Below, one piece after another: positions 24,380 to 31,399 of a stretch of 37,172 bases of DNA (within the stretch, counting starts at the first letter, position 1; each line of letters opens with the position of its first letter). A program made the translations under genes and the position numbers. The notes under the pieces were generated by a model. That model searched no databases, was not told where the DNA came from, and worked only from the letters and a program-made list of their open reading frames with translations. The DNA is from Candidatus Micrarchaeota archaeon (GTDB lineage: Archaea > Micrarchaeota > Micrarchaeia > Micrarchaeales > Micrarchaeaceae), in the NCBI GenBank assembly GCA_964498845.1, contig CAZCIA010000001.1, forward strand, positions 1 through 37,172, in the 5' to 3' direction.

Positions 24380-25834
24380 TTATACTTTCTTGAAAAGCAT
24401 CTCCCCCTTAGTCACCTTGCCGTTGAACTGCCCGAATGTGCAGTCATTCAGTGTGCCTGCCGGAACACCGAGCTGCGCGTTTATCTTTTCGGAACTGCCT
24501 GGCATAAACGGACTCACCAATATAGATATTATGCGGACAGCCTCGAGAAGATTGTAAAGAACGCTGCCTAGTTCGGCTCCTTTGAGCTTCCATGGTTCCT
24601 TGTCGTTGACATACTTGTTCGCTGCCTTTATGTATGCGAATATCTCATCCAACGCTCCATGTGTATCGAGGTTGTCCATCAGCTCGGTTATCTTGCCCAC
24701 GTTAAGGCTAGCCCCCAACTCCGGCTTCCCTTCTATCTTACCGTCAAATCCTGCAGCTATCGTTACGGTTCGGTTGAGCAGGTTTCCAAGCTCTGCCACC
24801 AGCTCGTTGTTGAGCCTTGTCTGAAGACTTTTCTCTGAGAAGTCCCCATCGTCACCAAGTGGCATTTCCTTGAGCAGCGTGTACCTAAATGCATCTAGCG
24901 CGTACTTCTTGGAGAGTGCAACGGGATCTATGGCGTTGCCGGTGCTCTTGCTCATTTTCTGCCCGCCAATGGTCCACCAGCCGTGCGCAAAAACTTTCTT
25001 TGGAGGCTCTATTCCGGCGGAGAAGAGCAGCGCGGGCCATATCACTGAATGAAACCAGTTTATCTCCTTGCCCACAAGATGCACATCAGCAGGCCAGTAT
25101 TTCTTGAACTTTTCGCCGTCTGGCCATCCGAGTGCGGTCACATAATTCAGTAGTGCATCCACCCATACGTACAAGGTATGCGCTTTGTCGAGAGGGAACG
25201 GCACTGCCCACTTTATCGTAGTGCGCGTTATGCTTATGTCCTTCAGACCATCCTTGACCCTGTTCAGTATCTCCTTGGACCGGAACTTCGGTGATAGGAA
25301 CTCTGGATTGTCATTATAGAATTCAAGCATCCTTTCCTGGTACTTGCTAAGCTTGAAGAAGTAGCTCTCCTCCTTGACATTCTTCACCTCCCGGCCGCAG
25401 ACAGGGCACTTTCCGTCCTTCAGCTGCAGCTCGGTCCAGAATGTCTCGTCAGGGACGCAGTACCATCCCTCATAAAAGCCCTTGTATATGTCGCCGTTCT
25501 TGGCTATTTTCTCTATTATTTTTGCTACAATCTCTTCGTGCGCAGGGTCGCTGGTCCTAATGAAGTAATCATATGATACGTTCAGCTCCTTCCATATCTG
25601 CTTGTACTGCCCGACTATGCTGTCCACGAATTCCCTTGGGCTCCTGCCGGCGTTCTTTGCAGCCTGCTCGACCTTCTCGCCGTGCTCGTCCGTTCCTGTG
25701 AGAAAGAACACGTCATCACCCTTCAGCCTGTGCCACCTGGCCAGCACGTCAGCTACTATAGTAGTGTATGCATGCCCTATGTGGGGCTTGTCATTGACGT
25801 AGTATATCGGCGTTGTGACATAGAACTTCGGCAG
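24380..25834 (-). CDS. metG: Methionyl-tRNA synthetase core (no C-terminal tRNA-binding domain); probable CTG start
   Basis: The frame is open back to 25843, where a TAA sits at 25844-25846. It reads GEKLPKFYVTTPIYYVNDKPHIGHAYTTIVADVLARWHRL..., which includes the HIGH motif that the track ORF (GTG 25747) omits. KMSKS is present (GQKMSKSTGN), as is a CxxC knuckle (CPVCGRE). There is no ATG, GTG or TTG upstream of HIGH. GGTGA-N4-CTG at 25843-25832 fits the spacing seen at other genes in this window. Confidence 0.8.
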   Translation of the reverse strand: MPKFYVTTPIYYVNDKPHIGHAYTTIVADVLARWHRLKGDDVFFLTGTDEHGEKVEQAAKNAGRSPREFVDSIVGQYKQIWKELNVSYDYFIRTSDPAHEEIVAKIIEKIAKNGDIYKGFYEGWYCVPDETFWTELQLKDGKCPVCGREVKNVKEESYFFKLSKYQERMLEFYNDNPEFLSPKFRSKEILNRVKDGLKDISITRTTIKWAVPFPLDKAHTLYVWVDALLNYVTALGWPDGEKFKKYWPADVHLVGKEINWFHSVIWPALLFSAGIEPPKKVFAHGWWTIGGQKMSKSTGNAIDPVALSKKYALDAFRYTLLKEMPLGDDGDFSEKSLQTRLNNELVAELGNLLNRTVTIAAGFDGKIEGKPELGASLNVGKITELMDNLDTHGALDEIFAYIKAANKYVNDKEPWKLKGAELGSVLYNLLEAVRIISILVSPFMPGSSEKINAQLGVPAGTLNDCTFGQFNGKVTKGEMLFKKV

Positions 25835-25838
25835 CTTC

Positions 25839-25843
25839 TCACC
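25839..25843 (-). promoter_or_regulatory. Shine-Dalgarno-like GGTGA 4 nt upstream of the proposed CTG start of metG
   Basis: The same GGTGA-N4-start arrangement occurs at gltX, rpo7, sepF, aIF5A, ftsZ-A and the Zn-ribbon gene. Confidence 0.5.
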
Positions 25844-25976
25844 TTAAGGTATTATTCCACTAAAGGGTTTTGATTGTATATAATATAAATAGCTCTGTCC
25901 AGATAGATGCTGCATTTTCTGGGAAATTAATATTAATCTGAAATGCGAAACGCTATTGGCGTTTCCAGGGGGTAAA

Positions 25977-28040
25977 ATGGTAGATGCGGAACTTGAGGGT
26001 ATCAAGTCAAGGTTTGATGACTTCTTCGACAGGTACTATACAGAACAGATAAATGATCTTGTCATATCGTTCCCTGAGAAAAGGAGCCTTGCGGTTGATT
26101 TCAAGGACGTCGCGAAGTTCGACCCAGAGCTTGCAGAATCCCTTCTGGAGCAGCCCGATCCGATGATAGAAGCGGCTACCGAATCGCTGAAGAAGAAGAT
26201 GGGCGATGTAAAGTTTGAAGGAAAGGAGGTCCATGTGCGGCTCTTTGGCCAGAGCGTCAATATGCCCATGGTGCAAGATGTCGGATCGGCTTACATAAGC
26301 AAACTCATACTCCTTGATGGCCTGATCGTGAAAAGGTCCGAGATAAACCCAAAGGTGCAGGTCGGTTCCTACAGGTGCACATTCTGCGGCGCGACATACA
26401 AAGTAAGGACAGGTAAGGACGAAATGCCGGAACTGTGCCTGTCGTGCAAAAGGAGATCGCTCAGGCAGGTTGCCGAGGAATCCCAGTTTATAAACCTGCA
26501 AAAGATAGCGATACAGGACCCACTTGAAAAGTTGCGCGGCAGCGCACCGACATGGCAGCTTGAGGTGTGGATAGAAGATGATCTGGTAAACACGGTAATA
26601 CCAGGGGATAGGATAGAGCTCACCGGGATATTGAGAATAAGACCGAGGAGGAACATACGGGGAAAGCTCGACAAGGACATCTACACCATGTTCCTTGATA
26701 CCGTTTCGATAGTCCCCAAGCAGAAGGAATTCGCCGAGCTCCAAATAACGGCAGAGGAAGAGAGGATAATAAAAGAGTTAGGCAAGGATCCGCACGTATT
26801 CGAGAAGGTGTACAAGTCCATAGCGCCGGCCATCTACGGCTACAACGAGATAAAACAGGGCGTAGCACTCCAACTCTTTGGCGGCACTCCGGGTAAGACG
26901 CTTGTGGACGGCGGTGCGATAAGGAGCGATATGCACATTCTTCTCATAGGAGATCCTGGCAGTGCGAAGACTAGAATCCTTTTATCGGTGGCTAGACTGG
27001 TACCGAAGGGCATATATGTCAGTGGAAAATCTGTCACTGGTGGAGGCATGACTGCGGTAGCAGAAAGGGATGACTTCTCCGAAGGTGGCTGGACCCTGCG
27101 TGCGGGAGCCATGGTCTTGGGCAGTGGAGGAACTGTTTGCATAGACGAATTTGATAAGATAACTGATGATGACAAAGCCTCGCTCCACGAGGCCCTCGAA
27201 TCCCAGACGATAAGCGTTGCGAAGGCAGGTATTATAGCGACGTTCAATGCGAAGACAGCTGTGCTAGCTGCTGCAAACCCAAAGTACGGCAGGTTCGACC
27301 AGAACGCATACCCGGCGGATCAGTTCAACATACCGCCCACGCTCCTTTCCAGGTTTGATCTCATATTCCCGATAAAGGACGTGATGGACGAGGAGCTTGA
27401 CAAGAACATAGCCAGGCACATACTCCTACAGCATGAAGCTGCAGGTGCGAAGATATCGGAGATCCAGGAATACGAGCAGGTGGAGAAGCCGCCGATAGAT
27501 AGCGATATACTCAGGAAGTATATAGCCTATGCTAGAAAAAACATAATGCCAAGGATAACTAAAGAGGCTGCAGCGAGGATCCAGGACTATTACTTGGATC
27601 TGAGGAAGCTCGGTCTGAAGCAGGGAACCACACCAATAACTCCCAGGCAGATAGAGGGGCTGATAAGGATGGCGGAGGCCAGCGCGAAGACCAGGCTGTC
27701 CAATCTGGTAGAGGTGCCAGATGCAGAGAATGCGATTGCGCTTAATGAGTTCATGCTCCAGACCCTTGCTGTTGATAGAGGGAACAGGCGTGACATAGAT
27801 ATCCTTGTGACCGGAATGCCGCGTGAGAAGGTGGTCAAGATAAACCAGGTCCTTAGCATAATAAAGAAGCTGGAGGCAGATGAGACAACCGCAAGGATGC
27901 AGCGTATAATAGAAGAAGCTGAGAAGGCGAGCCTCGACGCCGCTGAGGTAAACAGATACTTGATAGAGCTTGAGAGGAACGGCGACATATTCAGGCCGAA
28001 GGCGGGGATAATAAAGACGATAAGCCATGAGAACGAATAG
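25977..28040 (+). CDS. mcm: MCM replicative helicase
   Basis: Zn finger CTFCGATY...CLSCKRR; Walker A LLIGDPGSAKT; Walker B CIDEFDK; arginine finger SRFDLIF; C-terminal wHTH. The size leaves no room for an intein. ATG 25977 is preferred over the TTG at 25956. Confidence 0.9.
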   Translation: MVDAELEGIKSRFDDFFDRYYTEQINDLVISFPEKRSLAVDFKDVAKFDPELAESLLEQPDPMIEAATESLKKKMGDVKFEGKEVHVRLFGQSVNMPMVQDVGSAYISKLILLDGLIVKRSEINPKVQVGSYRCTFCGATYKVRTGKDEMPELCLSCKRRSLRQVAEESQFINLQKIAIQDPLEKLRGSAPTWQLEVWIEDDLVNTVIPGDRIELTGILRIRPRRNIRGKLDKDIYTMFLDTVSIVPKQKEFAELQITAEEERIIKELGKDPHVFEKVYKSIAPAIYGYNEIKQGVALQLFGGTPGKTLVDGGAIRSDMHILLIGDPGSAKTRILLSVARLVPKGIYVSGKSVTGGGMTAVAERDDFSEGGWTLRAGAMVLGSGGTVCIDEFDKITDDDKASLHEALESQTISVAKAGIIATFNAKTAVLAAANPKYGRFDQNAYPADQFNIPPTLLSRFDLIFPIKDVMDEELDKNIARHILLQHEAAGAKISEIQEYEQVEKPPIDSDILRKYIAYARKNIMPRITKEAAARIQDYYLDLRKLGLKQGTTPITPRQIEGLIRMAEASAKTRLSNLVEVPDAENAIALNEFMLQTLAVDRGNRRDIDILVTGMPREKVVKINQVLSIIKKLEADETTARMQRIIEEAEKASLDAAEVNRYLIELERNGDIFRPKAGIIKTISHENE

Positions 28041-28049
28041 GTGTAGCGC

Positions 28050-29039
28050 TTGCCCTTGAGAGTTGTTGAGACCAGGCAGGTACTACAGATAATCACAATA
28101 TTCATGATCGTACAGTTCTTCGGGCTCTTCATGTCAAGCGAGATCTATTCCGGTGCGACATACCAGGAAATCACCAACGCACAGATAGTAACATCTGCTG
28201 TGAGCGCACTCTTCTACATAGTCTACATTGTCATATTTGCTGCGATAATAATCCTGATAATGAAAATCTACAAGGGAGACAAATTCTTTTATATACTGGA
28301 AGGTGCTGTGATATTCATCACGTCGTTCTTCGTCTTCATGATCCTTTCGGGGTTGGTGATAAATAGAGTACTATTCACTGTAAGCGGCAGTCAGATAACA
28401 ACCAGTTTCATCATAGGCATAGTTGCGGCCGTATGGCTCATAGTCTTGAAGAACAAGATTCCTAAGCTCAGGAATGCTACGGCGATAATAGCCAGCGTGG
28501 GCGTTGGCCTTGTCCTGGGAATTAGCTTCAGCTTCCTCGTCGCCTTCATATTCATGGCGATACTCGCTGTATATGATTTTATAGCGGTATTCGTGACAAA
28601 GCACATGGTGACCATGGCTAATGCACTGGGATCGAGGAACCTTGCATTCCTTGTAGGAGTGAGCGAGGTGGAGGCACTTCCGAAGAGCGAGTTCACAAAG
28701 AGGGAGCTTTCCGATTACCAGAAGGAGATGAAGGGCGTGAAGATGAGCCCAGAGCTGAAAAAAATGTACAAAAGCGGAATGCTTCCGGTGCCTGCGCGCA
28801 TGGAGCTTGGCGCAGGCGACCTCGCCGTGCCGCTCATGTTAGCTGTTGCAGCGTACAAAGTATTCCTGAACTTTGCACTGAGCTTCTTTATAATAATTGG
28901 GGCAGTAGGGGGGCTTGTCCTGGCGGCTTACATAGTCAAGAGGTACCAGCGCATGCTGCCTGCGATTCCGCTGCTCCTCTTCGGGATATCAGTTGGCATA
29001 AGCGCATATGCCCTGGTATTCGGGCTTGTCCCGCTCTGA
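28050..29039 (+). CDS. Presenilin/signal-peptide-peptidase family (A22) intramembrane aspartyl protease homolog
   Basis: The protein is multi-pass TM. The catalytic motifs are LAVYDFIAVF (YD) and ELGAGDLAVPLML (GxGD), with a PAL-like MLPAIPLL near the C-terminus. TTG start 9 nt after the mcm stop. Confidence 0.75.
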   Translation: MPLRVVETRQVLQIITIFMIVQFFGLFMSSEIYSGATYQEITNAQIVTSAVSALFYIVYIVIFAAIIILIMKIYKGDKFFYILEGAVIFITSFFVFMILSGLVINRVLFTVSGSQITTSFIIGIVAAVWLIVLKNKIPKLRNATAIIASVGVGLVLGISFSFLVAFIFMAILAVYDFIAVFVTKHMVTMANALGSRNLAFLVGVSEVEALPKSEFTKRELSDYQKEMKGVKMSPELKKMYKSGMLPVPARMELGAGDLAVPLMLAVAAYKVFLNFALSFFIIIGAVGGLVLAAYIVKRYQRMLPAIPLLLFGISVGISAYALVFGLVPL

Positions 29040-29058
29040 TGCGAACTAAAAGAGGAGG

Positions 29059-29067
29059 TTTTTATAG
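29059..29067 (+). promoter_or_regulatory. TATA box (TTTTTATAG) for the secreted Lon-like protease gene
   Basis: GGTTTTTATAGCTTAT lies about 30 nt upstream of ATG 29097. The identical 14-mer TTTTTATAGCTTAT recurs upstream of rpl10e at 34847-34860. Confidence 0.5.
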
Positions 29068-29096
29068 CTTATTCCTTGATTATCTGTAGGAATTCT

Positions 29097-30932
29097 ATGA
29101 GGGGAGCGATTTTGCGCTATCTAGTACCTATGCTTTTCGTCTTTGCATTGTTTGCGCAGTCATCTGCGGCGCAATCGGGATCCAATGCACAGACACTTAC
29201 AGTGGGCAGTGCATCGCTACTTGCACCAGCAGTCATCAACAACAACACCGGCGCGCTCACAAATATATCTGTAACAGTTACGAAGGGTACTGGCTACATC
29301 AGGATACTCGGGCCGAGCAGCATAGGGGAGGACACCAACGCGTCTGCGATCAACGCTTCGATGTCTGCAGCGCAATACCTAGGGCTAAATTACAGGAATT
29401 ACAATTTTATATACACCATAGAGGATTACAACCAGAGCGTGTCCGGGCCCAGCGCCGGCACAGCGATGACACTGCTTGCGATATCCGCAATATCAGGAAA
29501 ACCGCTGATGCACAATTTCACAGTCACGGGTACAATCTACAACGGCGCGGTAGGCCCGGTAGGCGGGGTTTATGACAAAACCAGTGCAGCGGCTTCGCAC
29601 CACATAAAATTCATAATTGTGCCGATGGCTGCGCAGGGCAGCGAAGAGAACGAGCTATATTACTTCATACAGAGCAGATTCAACATACCACTGATACAGG
29701 CAGCCAACATAAGCGCTGCCGCTGGATATGCTTTCGGCACTTCCCCGATAGCAAACGCAAGCACCACCTTCACGTTCTACAATAATTATCATACGGGGTT
29801 GATTCCAAAAGCACCGCTTTCCTGCAGCAATGGCTGCAACACAACACCATTCAAGGAGCTGGCGGGCTTCACCTTCAACCTTACAGCATCGCAGATATCG
29901 ATGGTAACAGGCTTCCCCAACGCAAGCGCACAGCTTTATAGTGAACTGAACCAGAGCAGGGCGGTAGCCGCGCTAGGGTACCTTTATGTCGGCTCTGACA
30001 TAAGCTTCCTCAATTACATTAACGCGGTTTATTTCTCGAACAGCAATCCGGCCATAGACAGCAGCATGCATGCGCTGCAGAACATAAGCAACTACTGCGC
30101 ATCGCTGAGCGCGCCTGCGCTAACGAAGCAGAACTACGAGTGGGTTATCGCCGGTGAGCTGAGGCAGGCCTGGGGATCATACACAGCGTCCAGCGCATCT
30201 TCCGTATACGGCAACGTCAGCGAATTGACAACAGATGATGTGCTTGCGTCGCTCTACCAGGGAGGGCAGGCCAGCGGGTGGTGCAAAGCGGCGAACGACA
30301 TGTTCGGCATCGCAAACAACATTGGTGGAATCCAAGTAAGCGTGTCGCAGAACCTCTCTGCGGTGGCGAAATCAAGGATCAGCCGCGCGTCCATATACGG
30401 CGACAACTTTTATCTGCTCACTGCGGAGACGGCATACGCTAAAAACAATTACCCGGTGGCAATGATGGATGCCGACTACGCATATGCAAGCGGGATGGCA
30501 GGTACGACAAGCCAGAACATGACCACCGCTCAGCTGATTAACGCATCGGCTGCGATGGCGGCAAACTCAACATACGGGACTTGGGCCACGCAGTTCTCAA
30601 ACGAGGCCATGTTCTACGTGCACCAGTCGGAAATAACCAACAGCGCGGCAGGCGCGCATTCGAATGCGCTCCAGGCCTACAGCGCTGCGCTGCTTGCGCA
30701 GCAGATAAGCAACGACACCATGCTGGTATACCAGAGCGTCTCGCCTGGCAAGGCCACCACCACCATAACGCAGATAATACAGCCTGTGCATTACAACATA
30801 CAGCAGATCATTCTCCTGTTAATACTGACAGTGATGGTGGTTATACTTGTCATCGACTTCATCATACTATTACTTGTCTCGAGGATGATGCACAGGATGC
30901 CTAAGGCCGGATCCGGAAGGCGCAGAAGGTGA
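29097..30932 (+). CDS. Extracellular, C-terminally anchored Lon-like (S16) serine protease domain protein
   Basis: Signal peptide LVPMLFVFALFAQSSAAQ. The catalytic Ser motif is VSGPSAGTAMTLLAISAISGKP, with a Lys candidate in GGVYDKTSAAASHHIKFIIVP. A ~350-aa Ala/Ser/Asn-rich sequon-laden region follows, then a C-terminal TM segment and an RRRR tail. Confidence 0.7.
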   Translation: MRGAILRYLVPMLFVFALFAQSSAAQSGSNAQTLTVGSASLLAPAVINNNTGALTNISVTVTKGTGYIRILGPSSIGEDTNASAINASMSAAQYLGLNYRNYNFIYTIEDYNQSVSGPSAGTAMTLLAISAISGKPLMHNFTVTGTIYNGAVGPVGGVYDKTSAAASHHIKFIIVPMAAQGSEENELYYFIQSRFNIPLIQAANISAAAGYAFGTSPIANASTTFTFYNNYHTGLIPKAPLSCSNGCNTTPFKELAGFTFNLTASQISMVTGFPNASAQLYSELNQSRAVAALGYLYVGSDISFLNYINAVYFSNSNPAIDSSMHALQNISNYCASLSAPALTKQNYEWVIAGELRQAWGSYTASSASSVYGNVSELTTDDVLASLYQGGQASGWCKAANDMFGIANNIGGIQVSVSQNLSAVAKSRISRASIYGDNFYLLTAETAYAKNNYPVAMMDADYAYASGMAGTTSQNMTTAQLINASAAMAANSTYGTWATQFSNEAMFYVHQSEITNSAAGAHSNALQAYSAALLAQQISNDTMLVYQSVSPGKATTTITQIIQPVHYNIQQIILLLILTVMVVILVIDFIILLLVSRMMHRMPKAGSGRRRR

Positions 30933-30936
30933 ATTA

Positions 30937-31101
30937 ATGGTCTTGCCAGGAAAAACATGCGTATCATGCGGCAGGCTCACTAACGAGTACACCGAATTCA
31001 AGTGCCCGCAGTGCGGCAAGGGCGTGATAATAAGGTGTTACCATTGCAGGGAGATATCAAACACCTACAAATGCACGGAGTGCGGATTCGAGGGACCCTG
31101 A
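30937..31101 (+). CDS. Small four-Cys-pair Zn-ribbon protein (COG2888-like, usual neighbour of aEF-1beta)
   Basis: Absent from the track (54 aa). My translation is MVLPGKTCVSCGRLTNEYTEFKCPQCGKGVIIRCYHCREISNTYKCTECGFEGP*. It has GGTGA-N4-ATG, and its stop overlaps the ef1b ATG by 1 nt. Confidence 0.75.
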   Translation: MVLPGKTCVSCGRLTNEYTEFKCPQCGKGVIIRCYHCREISNTYKCTECGFEGP

Positions 31102-31349
31102 TGTCCAAGGTCTCTGTGATATTCAAGGTCTACCCGAAGGAGGGCAGCATGGAGGAGACGCTGAAAAGGATAAAGGACGAGCTGATTCCGGTAGCAATAC
31201 AGAGCGAGGAGGTGGCCTTCGGCATAAAGGTGATAAAGGCACGGTTCGTCTTCGATAACGAGAAGACAAGCTCGTCCGCAATAGAGGAGCAGTTAAGGAA
31301 GGTCGAAGGGGTCAGCGAAATAGATGTGGAGGAAGAGAGCCTCATATAA
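31101..31349 (+). CDS. ef1b: Translation elongation factor aEF-1beta
   Basis: MSKVSVIFKVYPKEGSMEETLKRIKDELIPVAIQSEEVAFGIKVIKARFVFDNEK...VEGVSEIDVEEESLI has the typical ~82-aa aEF-1beta pattern. The longer track ORF overlaps the Zn-ribbon gene. Confidence 0.85.
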   Translation: MSKVSVIFKVYPKEGSMEETLKRIKDELIPVAIQSEEVAFGIKVIKARFVFDNEKTSSSAIEEQLRKVEGVSEIDVEEESLI

Positions 31350-31399
31350 CCACACGATAGTCTTTTTATAACTGAAAGCGCAATATTTACCTTGGTTTG

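Noticed and set aside
25844-25976. Possible replication origin next to mcm. The spacer is AT-rich (tgtatataatataaatag, aattaatattaat) and carries TTCCA-containing elements (TTCCACTAAAGGG at ~25855, TTTCCAGGGGG at ~25961) vaguely like ORB or mini-ORB boxes.
   Set aside because: There are only two weak elements, in the same orientation and not repeated. No orc1/cdc6 gene is in the window. The AT-rich parts are adequately explained by divergent metG and mcm promoters.
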